Positions 10,566 through 20,649 of a stretch of 45,931 nucleotides of DNA are shown one piece after another. Each line of letters begins with the position of its first letter. The first letter of the stretch is position 1. This DNA comes from Terrimicrobiaceae bacterium (GTDB taxonomy: Bacteria > Verrucomicrobiota > Verrucomicrobiia > Chthoniobacterales > Terrimicrobiaceae): the NCBI GenBank assembly GCA_041752695.1, contig JBGSVZ010000023.1, positions 1 to 45,931 on the forward strand. Reading direction: 5' to 3'. The position numbers and the translations under genes were made by a program. The notes beneath the pieces are model-generated. The model saw nothing but the letters and a program-made list of their open reading frames with translations. It searched no databases and was not told where the DNA came from.

Positions 10566-11459
10566 ATGAATTTTTCCAAACTTGGACTGGGAACAGGCAC
10601 ACTCGCCTCGCTCGGGCGGGCCGCCTCCTTCACCGAAGTCCAGTGCCTCCTGAAAACGATGGAGAGCTTGGGTGAAACCCTCATTGATACGGCAGATTCC
10701 TACGGGTCCGGCGATTGCGAAAAACTCCTCAGCAGGGCCCTGCGTGCCGGAAAGTCGGAAACCTTTCAAGTCATCACCAAGGCCGGGTATCCCATGTCCA
10801 ATCTCCCGGGTCCCTTCCCCGGCCTCAACCAAGTGGCGAAAAAAATCCGGCATCGTCTTGGGGCCCGGCCATGTTTTGAACCGCAGTATCTGGAAAAATC
10901 TTTGGAAGCGAGCCTCGTCCGGCTCCGGTTGGACCGAGTGGAGGCGTTTTTGCTTCACGATCCTCCGCTGGAAGCTGTGACCTCCGACGAAGTCGCCGCC
11001 GCGTGCTTGCGATTCCGCGAAACCGGGAAGGCCCGTTTTGTCGGAGTCTCATCGGGCGATGAAAATGTCATCCGCCACGCCTTGGACCAGAAGATTTTCC
11101 AAGTCATCCAGACCCCGGCGAATCTGATGGCAGCCCTGCATTTGCAGCCTGTCTGGAAAGCATGCGACGATGCGGGCATACATCTGATTGGAAATCATGT
11201 CTTCTCGCCTGAGTGTCTTGCGGTCCCCGGAATGGACCGCCGAAGCCTGATGCGGGCCAGCGCAGCCCTCCTGCCCGGACGGGCTACGATTCTTAGTGGG
11301 ACCCGCAACCCGGAACACTTTCGAGAATGCCGTGGCTGGGTGACGGATCCCATGGACGTTTCGGAGGCCCGTCAGCTTGTGTCATCCTTTCTGCAGGGCG
11401 GGCCTGATCCTCTCGCAGCCCCCGCTACCTCGGAGTCGGCCACGAATTTGCCATCATGA
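10566..11459 (+). CDS. Aldo/keto reductase
   Basis: 'SKLGLGT', 'IDTADSYGSG', 'ITKAG', 'SLVRLRLDRVEAFLLHDP' (catalytic D/Y/K/H). Confidence 0.9.
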   Translation: MNFSKLGLGTGTLASLGRAASFTEVQCLLKTMESLGETLIDTADSYGSGDCEKLLSRALRAGKSETFQVITKAGYPMSNLPGPFPGLNQVAKKIRHRLGARPCFEPQYLEKSLEASLVRLRLDRVEAFLLHDPPLEAVTSDEVAAACLRFRETGKARFVGVSSGDENVIRHALDQKIFQVIQTPANLMAALHLQPVWKACDDAGIHLIGNHVFSPECLAVPGMDRRSLMRASAALLPGRATILSGTRNPEHFRECRGWVTDPMDVSEARQLVSSFLQGGPDPLAAPATSESATNLPS

Positions 11460-13129
11460 TTGAAGACGCCCGCCAGATCCCCGCAGACAGCACGATCGAT
11501 TGCGAACTCTGCGTTATTGGTGGCGGGGCTGCGGCCATCGCCGTTGCTTTGGACCACGCGCGAGCCGGTCGCCAAGTGGTCCTGATTCCGGGCGGGGGCC
11601 CCAATCAGACGTCCTTCGGTATCGACCTCTACCGCGGCTCGATCTCTCCCACCGGGAGCCACGAACCCCTGGAAGAAAACCGCCTGCGGATGTGGGGCGG
11701 CACAACCACGGTGTGGGGCGGACGCTGCATCCCCTTTGACCCCATCGATTTTGCGCACCGCGATTGGATCCCCCACAGCGGTTGGCCGATCGGCCTCGAC
11801 GACTTGCGCGGCGACATCACGAAAGCCTGCCAACTGGCCGAGGCGGGCGACGCGGATTTCGACGCCCGGTCGGTTTTTCCCGACCGGCAATCCGAGATTG
11901 TCACCGGCCTGGACGATGACCGCATTGTCTCGTGGCCGATGGAACGCTGGAGCGTCCCCACCGACTTCAGCCGGCGTTACAAAGACGAACTCGAAACGGC
12001 TCCGCACGTTCGGATTCTCCTCCATGCTCATGCGATCCACCTGCAAATGGACCGCGAAAGCGGGAGCCTGCGCTCGGTAACGGCATCCTGCACTCCGGGC
12101 AGGAATTTTGCCGTGCGGGCCCGCCACTACGTTCTTGCCTGCGGGGCACTGGAAACAGCCCGGTTGCTCCTCGCCGCCAATGACGTCCTGCCCGCCGGGA
12201 TCGGGAACGCCAATGATCTGGTCGGTCGGTATTACCAGTCTCACCGCTTTGGAGTCTGCGGCGCGGTGGAATTAACGGATCCCCGCAAGGGATTCATTTA
12301 TGACTTCGAGAAGGACCGCGAGGGTGTCTATTGTCGGCGGCGGTTCTGGCTCACCCCTGCGGCGCAGGAGGATCTGCGCGTCGCCAATATCACCGGGTTT
12401 TTCTTTCGCAATGTCTCGTCGTCCTCCGAGCACCGGAACGCCATGGTTTCCACCCTCATGCTGGCGAAGACCCTGCTCGGCGGGGCTCGCAAAGGCCCCA
12501 GGCGCCTCACGCAAATCATCAAGGACCAACGCAAGGAACTCCTCACTCACCTCGGCATTGTTTTGCGGGACGGGCCGGGGATCGCCGGCCAGGTGGCCCA
12601 GGTGGCCTACACGAGATTTTTCCAGAAGCGCCGCCTGCCCATGATCCTGCCCCCCAAGGAGGAGAATCATTTCCCGCTCTTCTTTCAATCCGAACACACG
12701 CCGCTGCGCGAGAGCCGTGTCTTGCTGGCCCCCGGGACCCGCGACGATTTTGGCATGCCCCGGCTGGAAGCTCAGGTCCGGTTTTCCGAAGTGGATTTCC
12801 GGACGATCACCTCGTTCATCTCCCAGTTCAAAGACCGGCTTGAGTCCTCCGGCTTGGGAAAATTCCACCTCTCGGATGGGGATCGTGAGTTCCTCGCCCG
12901 ACCCGAACGCCAGGAGTTCAACAGCAATTCCCACCACGTGGGGACCACCCGGATGGGCGCGACTCCCGAGGAAGGCGTTGTTGACCGCGACTGCAAGGTC
13001 TTTGGCGTGGATAATCTCTACGTCGCGAGTTCGTCTGTTTTTCCGACGAGCGGACACGCCAATCCGACCCTGATGATCCTGGCGCTTGCGCTCCGGCTGT
13101 CTTCCCACCTGAAGGCGCTGGGAAAATAA
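11456..13129 (+). CDS. GMC-family FAD oxidoreductase
   Basis: 'VIGGGAAA' FAD motif, 'GGTTTVWGG', 'HHVGTTRMG', 'SSVFPTSGHANPTL'; ATGA overlap with the AKR gene. Confidence 0.92.
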   Translation: MIEDARQIPADSTIDCELCVIGGGAAAIAVALDHARAGRQVVLIPGGGPNQTSFGIDLYRGSISPTGSHEPLEENRLRMWGGTTTVWGGRCIPFDPIDFAHRDWIPHSGWPIGLDDLRGDITKACQLAEAGDADFDARSVFPDRQSEIVTGLDDDRIVSWPMERWSVPTDFSRRYKDELETAPHVRILLHAHAIHLQMDRESGSLRSVTASCTPGRNFAVRARHYVLACGALETARLLLAANDVLPAGIGNANDLVGRYYQSHRFGVCGAVELTDPRKGFIYDFEKDREGVYCRRRFWLTPAAQEDLRVANITGFFFRNVSSSSEHRNAMVSTLMLAKTLLGGARKGPRRLTQIIKDQRKELLTHLGIVLRDGPGIAGQVAQVAYTRFFQKRRLPMILPPKEENHFPLFFQSEHTPLRESRVLLAPGTRDDFGMPRLEAQVRFSEVDFRTITSFISQFKDRLESSGLGKFHLSDGDREFLARPERQEFNSNSHHVGTTRMGATPEEGVVDRDCKVFGVDNLYVASSSVFPTSGHANPTLMILALALRLSSHLKALGK

Positions 13130-13157
13130 GACTGGAGCATTTTACGGCCGCAGGAAG

Positions 13158-13218
13158 TGTAGCCGCACTGCTGTGTCAGGGCGTTCTCCCGGCGCGGCGA
13201 CAGAGCGCCGCGGCTACA
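13158..13218. repeat. GTAG-type REP inverted pair between convergent genes
   Basis: TGTAGCCGCACTGCTGTGTC ... GACAGAGCGCCGCGGCTACA (reverse complement TGTAGCCGCGGCGCTCTGTC). Confidence 0.7.
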
Positions 13219-13239
13219 GGAAAATCAAAACCGTTTTGA

Positions 13240-14136
13240 TCATCCCCGCCGCCTCCAGTGGTTTCGCAGACGCCGATAGACATTCCCAGTACGCTGAAGG
13301 ACATAATTTTGCTCAAATGCCAGCGCCAGCTTCATCCGAAGAATCTCCCTGAGGTCGAGGCGGCCTGGCACCGTCAGTTCCACCTGACGTCCCTCCTGTC
13401 GAGGTTCCAACCGCCGGATCTGCTCCAGGTGAGGTTTCCACATCCCGCCAGGGAAGTGCATCGCCAAGTGGGGCAAACCAGCCACATCGTAATGGACACC
13501 AACCCGCGTCCGCCCGAAGTCTCCCAAGGCGAACGCGAGTGAATCGGGAAACAGGTAGGCTAGGATTTCCTGATCCGTGCTGTAGAGATGATCCGGGGTG
13601 TAAAGCCCCTCCTGCAACATCCTCTCAAGCCGATCCAAGGGAAAGGGCGGGACGATCCAGGCAAATCCGGAGTTCACCCGCCGGGGGATGCCCTCCTTGA
13701 TCCAGCGCAAGGGCCTCTGCATCCCATAATACCAACTCCAGGTTTCCGTGGAGAAGACCGCCCGGTCCTCCGCAGGGGGAGCAAATTCGAACGGCTTGAG
13801 CCAGAGGATATCGGAATCGAAGTAGAAAAACGGGTCGGGCTCGACCGCCAGCACCTGTAATTTCGTCATATAACCCCGCCCCCCCAGGAGTCGGCCCGCC
13901 GCCGGAAAGTCGACCGCCAATTGGTCAAGTTTCACCCGACGGTCCGCAGGCTCCACACGGCGGAAAGGGAGGCCGTCCGCCGCCTGTTCCAGAAGGGACC
14001 AATCCCCTTCATCCAACGACCCATCCGAGTGGATCTCAAAGACCTCAATACCCGAAGCAATCTTCGAAAACGTGCGGACCGATTCGGTCGCAATGGGCAT
14101 TGCGCCCTGGTGCACGAGTGTCTTTACTTTCCGCAT
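13240..14136 (-). CDS. Putative GT-A nucleotide-diphospho-sugar transferase
   Basis: 'IHSDGSL', 'YFDSDILW' (DxD), 'VNSG', 'DQEIL', 'HFPG'; start reset to ATG 14136 because the longer ORF overlaps the sulfotransferase gene. Confidence 0.7.
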   Translation of the reverse strand: MRKVKTLVHQGAMPIATESVRTFSKIASGIEVFEIHSDGSLDEGDWSLLEQAADGLPFRRVEPADRRVKLDQLAVDFPAAGRLLGGRGYMTKLQVLAVEPDPFFYFDSDILWLKPFEFAPPAEDRAVFSTETWSWYYGMQRPLRWIKEGIPRRVNSGFAWIVPPFPLDRLERMLQEGLYTPDHLYSTDQEILAYLFPDSLAFALGDFGRTRVGVHYDVAGLPHLAMHFPGGMWKPHLEQIRRLEPRQEGRQVELTVPGRLDLREILRMKLALAFEQNYVLQRTGNVYRRLRNHWRRRG

Positions 14137-14226
14137 CTTCTCCCGACGAGAGTTATCCCGAAGTCTCATGCGAAACAACCCCCTTCTAACTTCTCCAAGC
14201 CAGTAGCCTGAGTTGCCCTCCCACTG

Positions 14227-15114
14227 ATGAACCTGGCCTACATCCTTTCCCAGCCCCGCAGCGGGAGCACCGTGCTCTCCGCGATTTTGGACCATAGGAA
14301 GGGTGTCGTCTGTATGCCGGAATCCTCCTTCCCTCAAGTCCTTGGGGCGATTTCGGCCAAGGAACGGGCCGACAAACGCTGGCTGGCGGGGCTCTATCGG
14401 GGCAGCACGTTTCCTCCCTTTCCCAACACTCCGACCCCTCTCACAATTGCGGATGCGGAGGCCTGCATGGAGGGGACAGACGAAGAAATCCTCTTCGCCC
14501 TCGGCAAGGCCCTTGCCGTCAAACTCGATCGTGACCCGGCGGAAGTCTCGACGGTTGTCTGGAAAACAACCCGGACGATCGGGATGCACCGCGGGCCTCT
14601 TGCCACATCGGGCAGGTTTGTGGTCCTCCGGCGGAACCTCCTCAATGTCTTCGATTCCCAATTCCGGGTGGACTTCGGCATCCGCAACCGCGACCCATGG
14701 CGCTACGCCATCTTTGCCCACAGTTACGAAAACGCCTTCGCCCGACTTCCGCGCGACCGGACCATGGAGATCGACTACGAGACCATTCCATCGACCTTGG
14801 CGGACCTGATGCGATTTCTGCGCATCGAAGATCGGGGCGAGTGGGAGTCCGGCGCTTCAAGCATTGATCTCGTCGCCAAATCCGGGGCTTGGCTCGCCCA
14901 GGCGACCCAAAAGTTTCGGAGCACGGATGGGGAGAAACGCGCCAAACTCAATTCCACGATGGTGCGAAGGGTTGAAACGGGATACCGAATCTTCCGTCCC
15001 TTTCAGCCCTTGCTCCGCCCCGTTCGCGCCTACTTCGACCATCGCTCGCTCAACCACATTCGCGAAGACGCCAAGGTCCAGATTGCCCACTTCCTCCAAT
15101 CGAGCGCCGCCTAA
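14227..15114 (+). CDS. Sulfotransferase family protein
   Basis: 5'-PSB loop 'SQPRSGSTVL', 'PES', 'WKT', 3'-PB 'LRRNLLNVFDS', 'IDYE'. Confidence 0.8.
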   Translation: MNLAYILSQPRSGSTVLSAILDHRKGVVCMPESSFPQVLGAISAKERADKRWLAGLYRGSTFPPFPNTPTPLTIADAEACMEGTDEEILFALGKALAVKLDRDPAEVSTVVWKTTRTIGMHRGPLATSGRFVVLRRNLLNVFDSQFRVDFGIRNRDPWRYAIFAHSYENAFARLPRDRTMEIDYETIPSTLADLMRFLRIEDRGEWESGASSIDLVAKSGAWLAQATQKFRSTDGEKRAKLNSTMVRRVETGYRIFRPFQPLLRPVRAYFDHRSLNHIREDAKVQIAHFLQSSAA

Positions 15115-15175
15115 TCGCCCACCCAAGGCACCTCTTCGATTTAACCAAACGTCCGCTCTTATCCTTCCCTGATCC

Positions 15176-16099
15176 ATGCTACCTCCCAACGTAAGACTTT
15201 TGGGAAGACTGGAAGCCGCCGGAGACGATTTCCTCGAATACACTTACCTAAGCAGGTATTTCGAGAAGCTCTCGCAACTTGCCCCTGAGGCTTTCCGACA
15301 TCATTCCTTCGACATCCTCTCCCACAATCTGATGCATGGTCGTCCGCCGGAGTTTCCGTCGGCCAAGAGCCGGGCCGTCCTCATCTGGCTCAGCGACGAA
15401 TCGTCCACGGTTCCGCTGGAGATTGCGGACCGATATTCCCTGATCCTCAAATCCTACTTTCCAGCCGCCCAGCCCATTCGGAACATTCATCCGTTCCCCC
15501 TCTGCGGATCGAATGAAGTCCTGACGACGGAGATTAAACCCTTCGACGCCCGCGGGACCGAAGTCATGTTTTCGGGCAACCTTTCCCCCAACCGGCTGGA
15601 CTTCTTCCGCTCGTTCACCCGCTATCGCCATCTTCCCCCGTTTGCGATCAAGAATTATGTTGTCCGCCGCCTGTACTCCGCCGTTCTCTATCGGATCGAG
15701 AAACAACGCTCGTTCTCCGGGGCATTCCCACGGTCTTCCATCCAGTTCACCAACGGCTTCCGCCAGGGTCTCGGCCCCGCCGATTTTGCCGCGCAATTGG
15801 CGAACACCAAAATTGCCCTTTGCCCGGAGGGTTTCCGGTCCTGCGAGACGATTCGGCATTTTGAAGCCATGAGTCTCGGATGCATCGTCCTGGCGTGCCA
15901 GATGCCTCCCAATCGGTTCTATAACGGTTCGCCGATCGACCAACTCCCTGCGTGGAGCCAACTTCCCGCCACACTCAACCGCCTCGCCAAAGATCCCAAC
16001 ACCCAGCAAAGGCTTCACAACGAGACCCGGGCCTGGTGGAAAAACGTCTGCTCACCAGAGGCCATGGCCGCCTACACCGCCCCACTCCTCGTTGACTGA
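15176..16099 (+). CDS. Exostosin/GT47-like glycosyltransferase
   Basis: 'FSGN...NR', 'TKIALCPEG...ETIRHFEAMSLGCI'. Confidence 0.7.
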   Translation: MLPPNVRLLGRLEAAGDDFLEYTYLSRYFEKLSQLAPEAFRHHSFDILSHNLMHGRPPEFPSAKSRAVLIWLSDESSTVPLEIADRYSLILKSYFPAAQPIRNIHPFPLCGSNEVLTTEIKPFDARGTEVMFSGNLSPNRLDFFRSFTRYRHLPPFAIKNYVVRRLYSAVLYRIEKQRSFSGAFPRSSIQFTNGFRQGLGPADFAAQLANTKIALCPEGFRSCETIRHFEAMSLGCIVLACQMPPNRFYNGSPIDQLPAWSQLPATLNRLAKDPNTQQRLHNETRAWWKNVCSPEAMAAYTAPLLVD

Positions 16100-16135
16100 C
16101 ACGCCACCCGTGCGGTTACATCACTCATCGAACGC

Positions 16136-17104
16136 ATGAAAAAAGTTGCCTTGATCGCAAGCGCCGTGGACTTGGGATCGACGAGCATTTCCAATTCCCT
16201 GATCAACGCCCTTCGTCCGGAAAAAGTCGTTTTCATTGAACAGAGCGCCAAATCCCTGGGCTGGGCTGGGCTGCTGAAACTGCGCGATGAATTTGGAACG
16301 CTTTCGAAAGACGAATGGGTCGTCTTCTGTTCTTTACATGTCCCCGTTCTGATTGGAGCTCTCCTGCCCAGAAAAAAGAACATTCGCTTTATTGGCCTCA
16401 ATGATTGGACCCCGGGAATGTGGTTCGCCAACAAGCCGTATCATCCCAGAACCTTTTTCTACAATCTCACCTATTCGCTACTCATCGGAAGATTCTCCCG
16501 CTTTTATTCCCACGCCGAGAGATTCCGCAGATTCTACCGGGCATGGGGCAAAAGAGTGGATCCCTTTCTGCTCCCTCTTCCTTACGAATTTGAGAACGTG
16601 GATCTTCCTCCGTCCCTGTTAAATTCCCTCCTTTTTGTGGGGGCGGACTATCGAAGAAAGGGCGGAGATCTTTTGCTCGATGCCTGGAAAACTTCCGCCG
16701 TACCGGATGCCAGCCTCACCTTCGTCTGCCCCCAGCCCCCGGAAGACAAGGTGGCCGGGGTGACTTTCCTCACTCAAATCAAGGCGGCCACAGCGGAACA
16801 CAGGAACCTCTTCCGCTCCCATGGGGTCTTCATTCTCGCGTCCCATCGCGAAGCGTACGGCTTCGCGGCACTCGAGGCGATCAACTTCGGAATGTGCGTC
16901 GTAGTCACAAAGGGATGCGGTGTCTCAGATGTCGTGGCGGAAAGCGGTGGGCTGGTTGAGGAGAATTCGGAAGCCGCGGTGCAGGCTGCCATCCGCCTTC
17001 TTTCGAGGCCTGACGAGATTGCGGATCGCAGGCGGAGGTGCGCGAACTTTGTCTCTAAATATTCAAAAGCTGTTTCCGTGCAGTTTCAAACAATCCACTC
17101 GTAA
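16136..17104 (+). CDS. Glycosyltransferase family 4
   Basis: 'LFVGADYRRKGG', 'SHREAYGFAALEAINFG'. Confidence 0.85.
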   Translation: MKKVALIASAVDLGSTSISNSLINALRPEKVVFIEQSAKSLGWAGLLKLRDEFGTLSKDEWVVFCSLHVPVLIGALLPRKKNIRFIGLNDWTPGMWFANKPYHPRTFFYNLTYSLLIGRFSRFYSHAERFRRFYRAWGKRVDPFLLPLPYEFENVDLPPSLLNSLLFVGADYRRKGGDLLLDAWKTSAVPDASLTFVCPQPPEDKVAGVTFLTQIKAATAEHRNLFRSHGVFILASHREAYGFAALEAINFGMCVVVTKGCGVSDVVAESGGLVEENSEAAVQAAIRLLSRPDEIADRRRRCANFVSKYSKAVSVQFQTIHS

Positions 17105-17178
17105 CTGAAGAGCACTCTCCAACGATACCCGAGCCGCCGATTCCCCTGTTTAAAACCACGAGTTCCGCAACCCCAACT

Positions 17179-17916
17179 ATGACTCCGAAATTCCTGAAAA
17201 AACTTGTCCGTTCACAGTTAGCCAATTTGGGCCTCCATCTGATGAAGAAGGAGTACCTTCCTGGAATCTCAGAGCGGAAGATTTACCGACACTACTTGAA
17301 CCAGGAAACATTTTCGGTCATTTTTGATATCGGGGCAAATGTCGGACAAACGGCGAAGGCTTTCAGCCAGGAATTCTCCGATGCGAAAATTTTCTCCTTC
17401 GAGCCATTTGAGGAGAATTTCCGAAAACTCAAAGAAATCGCGAGCCAACGGTCCAACGTCTCGGCCTTCCGCGTCGCCCTGTCGGACAAGAGGGGATCCG
17501 AGATTGTTCTGCGTGACACTAACCCCTTTTCAGAATGGAATTCCCTGGAAAAATGGACACAAGAGAATCTCGCTGCCAGTTCTTCCTCGGTGAAAGAGGG
17601 GATCGAACTCGAGACCGGCGATAATTTTTGTGCTGAACATAAAATTTCAAAGATCGACGTTCTAAAAACGGATACGGAGGGTCACGATTTAGCAGTGTTG
17701 AGGGGATTTTCGCAGATGCTGAAAGAAGGGAAGATCAGCGCGATCGTCTCGGAGTGTGGCTTCCCAGACGACCCGTCTCACACCAACTTTGATGATCTCA
17801 ACGAGTTCCTCAAGGCCTACGGATTTAAGTTTCGTGGATGTTTCGAAGTGAGTCATAAGTCAAATGGGAACTGCGAGTATTTTAATGCCTTATTCGTTGC
17901 TTCGCTCCCGAGATAA
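17179..17916 (+). CDS. FkbM-family methyltransferase
   Basis: 'IFDIGANVG', 'FSFEP', 'ALSD', 'IDVLKTDTEGHDLAVLRG'. Confidence 0.92.
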   Translation: MTPKFLKKLVRSQLANLGLHLMKKEYLPGISERKIYRHYLNQETFSVIFDIGANVGQTAKAFSQEFSDAKIFSFEPFEENFRKLKEIASQRSNVSAFRVALSDKRGSEIVLRDTNPFSEWNSLEKWTQENLAASSSSVKEGIELETGDNFCAEHKISKIDVLKTDTEGHDLAVLRGFSQMLKEGKISAIVSECGFPDDPSHTNFDDLNEFLKAYGFKFRGCFEVSHKSNGNCEYFNALFVASLPR

Positions 17917-17979
17917 CTCGGACACGGAACCCCCTCAGAAAGTAGCGGCTATAACCCGGCAAACCCGATCAGATTCCCC

Positions 17980-19242
17980 TTGAACGAAACTTTGAACCTT
18001 CTTGTTTCGGCCTACGCGTGTGACCCCGAGGGCGGTTCGGAGCGTCACGTCGGGTGGACGGGGGTCCGACTGCTGGCACGGAAACATCGCGTCACTGTCC
18101 TGACCCACGGCTGGGGTCGTGAACCGGTCGAACACGCACTGGCCACCCTCCCGGAGCGCGAGAATCTGAAATTCATCTTCATCGGGGGCCGTCATACGTG
18201 GCATCATAACCGGCTGATTGCGAAGATGCAGGATTGGAATCGGCTGGCAGCTTGGACGAAAGCCGCCCGCCGATTGGCCCAGGATCTAGTGCGCTCCGAG
18301 AAGTTCGATCTGGCTCACCACATTACGATCGCGACTTGGCGAGCACCATCGCCCCTAGCCGGACTCGGCATTCCCTTGGTCTTCGGCCCGGTCGGCGGCG
18401 GGGAGTCGTTTCCCCTCCGCTTCGCGGGAATCCTCAGCCCCAGCGCGAAGGTGTTCGAGGGATTGCGGGGTGCGGCGAACGTCTTCGGCCGGACGTCTCC
18501 CCGTTTGAAGAGGTTCGCAAAGCAGATCGCGGTGGCCATGGGCAACAATCCCGAGACGCTCGCGGCATTGCGGAAGGTGGGCGTGCCGGACGAACGTCTC
18601 CAATTCCTTTCCCAAAGTTTTCTGAGTGAAGGGAAGTTTTTGCCGGAGGACGCGGTGCGAGAGAAGGCCGGCCAGCACGGCCGCGCTTTGAGAATTTTCG
18701 CCGGGGGCAATTGCGAAGGAAGAAAGGGCGTGGCCATTGCCCTCGAGGGACTGCAGGAATTTGGCCAACGGGGGTATCCCTTCTCTTTCAGCTTTGGAGG
18801 CCTTGGGCCGGAGCTGGACCATCTGAAAAGACTGGCGGCATCCATGAACTTCGGCGCGGGATCTGTAAACTTAGGTCAGCATCTTGATGGTGAGGAATAC
18901 CGACAGGCCCTCGCAGAGGCGGACGTTTATCTTCTCCCCAGCCTTAGGGAAGGCGCGCCCATCACCATGATTGAGGCCATGGCCGCAGGGGCCATTCCGA
19001 TTATCGCGGATGCCGGGGGCGCACCCATGGTGGTGGATGAGACCTGTGGACGCGTAATCGCGGTGACAACCCCACGACAGATGGCCGATCAAATCGCGAT
19101 GCACCTTGCGGAGCTGGCTGACAATCCTCCCTTAAAAACTGCTCTTGCCCTGGCCGCCTGGCGACGGGCGAGGGAGCGCTGCCGTGAGGACACCTACTTG
19201 GCCGGAATCGATAACGCCTATCGGATCGCATTGAACTCATGA
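17980..19242 (+). CDS. Glycosyltransferase family 4
   Basis: 'SAYACDPEGGSE', 'FGPVGGGE', 'PSLREGAPITMIEAMAAG'. Confidence 0.9.
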   Translation: MNETLNLLVSAYACDPEGGSERHVGWTGVRLLARKHRVTVLTHGWGREPVEHALATLPERENLKFIFIGGRHTWHHNRLIAKMQDWNRLAAWTKAARRLAQDLVRSEKFDLAHHITIATWRAPSPLAGLGIPLVFGPVGGGESFPLRFAGILSPSAKVFEGLRGAANVFGRTSPRLKRFAKQIAVAMGNNPETLAALRKVGVPDERLQFLSQSFLSEGKFLPEDAVREKAGQHGRALRIFAGGNCEGRKGVAIALEGLQEFGQRGYPFSFSFGGLGPELDHLKRLAASMNFGAGSVNLGQHLDGEEYRQALAEADVYLLPSLREGAPITMIEAMAAGAIPIIADAGGAPMVVDETCGRVIAVTTPRQMADQIAMHLAELADNPPLKTALALAAWRRARERCREDTYLAGIDNAYRIALNS

Positions 19243-20369
19243 AACGCCGGCTCGCCATCCTTGCTCAGTTTCCGGTGCACCTCCTGCCGGGCTTCGCCCA
19301 TTTAGGCGAACCAAAGCAGCACTACGCCACCTGGCTTCCGCAGTTGGCGGAATCCTTCGCCCGCTCATCTGGTTTCGAGTTTCACTGGGTGGTTCTGACG
19401 ACCGAAGTCCAGCAACCCCTGAAAGTGGAAGGCTGGAATCAGACGTTCCACTTACTTCCGACCGCCAACCGCAGACGGGCCAGCACTTTTTTTCGTCAGG
19501 ACCGCCTGGCCATCAATGCGGTGCTGGCAGAGGTCAATCCTGCCCTGGTCCACGGCTGGGGGACGGAGGATGTCTATGCGTTTGCGGCCGTCCTTTCGGG
19601 TCGGCCCAACATCGTCTCCATGGCCGGCCTGTTGAGCTATTATGTGCTCAAGACCAAGATGCATCCGCGCGACTACTTTCAGTCGGCCTTGGAACTTTTC
19701 ATCCTGAAAAAAGCCGGACACATCACGGTCGAAACCGAATGGGGCCGGAAGGTTTTGGCCAAGCGAACGGGACGCCCCATTTCGCTCGTCGAATATGGGG
19801 TGAATCCGCATTTTCTTGATGTTCCGTGGAATCCAGATCCTTCGCAACCGCGAGCACTATTTGTGGGAAGCATCGTGCCCCGAAAGGGCATTCAGGATCT
19901 GGTAACCGCGTTCGCCAGCCCGGCTCTTGCCAATTTCGAGTTGAGGGTCGCCGGAGCCGGTGGGGGAGCCTGGGCTGATGAACTCCGTGCCCGGGCGACG
20001 CCCAACGTTCGGTGGCTCGGGCAGACTCCCTCAGAATCAACCGCGAAAGAACTCTCCCAAAGTTGGTGCCTCGTACTTCCAACCCGATGCGACACCAGCC
20101 CCAATGTCGTGAAAGAGGCGAGAGTCATCGGATTGCCCGTCGTCACGACGCCGGAAGGGGGGCAGTCGGACTACATCATCGATCAGGCCAACGGGTTCAT
20201 CGTCAACCCGGGCGATACGGACAAACTGACAACCCGCCTCGGTGAGATGCTGGGGGGTCTGTCGAAATGCCGCACGATGGGAGCTTCTCATCTCCAAGAG
20301 GCTCGGGAGCATTTCCGGCCCTCGCGAACAGCCGAGTTGCTGATCGCGCTGTACTCGCAGATGGTCTGA
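19239..20369 (+). CDS. Glycosyltransferase family 4
   Basis: 'VHGWGTE', 'FVGSIVPRKG', 'PTRCDTSPNVVKEA'; ATGA overlap with the previous gene. Confidence 0.88.
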   Translation: MKRRLAILAQFPVHLLPGFAHLGEPKQHYATWLPQLAESFARSSGFEFHWVVLTTEVQQPLKVEGWNQTFHLLPTANRRRASTFFRQDRLAINAVLAEVNPALVHGWGTEDVYAFAAVLSGRPNIVSMAGLLSYYVLKTKMHPRDYFQSALELFILKKAGHITVETEWGRKVLAKRTGRPISLVEYGVNPHFLDVPWNPDPSQPRALFVGSIVPRKGIQDLVTAFASPALANFELRVAGAGGGAWADELRARATPNVRWLGQTPSESTAKELSQSWCLVLPTRCDTSPNVVKEARVIGLPVVTTPEGGQSDYIIDQANGFIVNPGDTDKLTTRLGEMLGGLSKCRTMGASHLQEAREHFRPSRTAELLIALYSQMV

Positions 20370-20431
20370 CAGCCCGTCGGCCGGAGAGGGATTTTGCAGA
20401 GTCCCCCTCATCCAAAGTCCGGAAGGAATCG

Positions 20432-20580
20432 GCCACGGATTTCACGGATGAACACGGACAACATTTTGCAATCAAGTGAGTTTCAGATCGGCCATCCGCT
20501 TCCAAGAGATTCGCCCAATGAGTGAGCTGCCTGGACTTCCTCTCATCCTCATGATCCGTGATTTCCGTGAAATCCGTGGC
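20432..20580. repeat. Inverted repeat built from CACGGA-containing ~9-mers
   Basis: GCCACGGATTTCACGGA (20432-20448) is the exact reverse complement of TCCGTGAAATCCGTGGC (20564-20580); each arm has a third CACGGA unit. Confidence 0.85.
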
Positions 20581-20649
20581 TCTCATTTCCGTTTCTAGGC
20601 TCAGCCCTCGGCTCTCGACTCTCTGCGTTCGATCAGGCATCATTCTAAG

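Noticed and set aside
14137..14721. N-terminal extension of the 493-aa ORF 13240..14721
   Set aside because: Overlaps the sulfotransferase on the opposite strand; the GT-like sequence starts at ATG 14136
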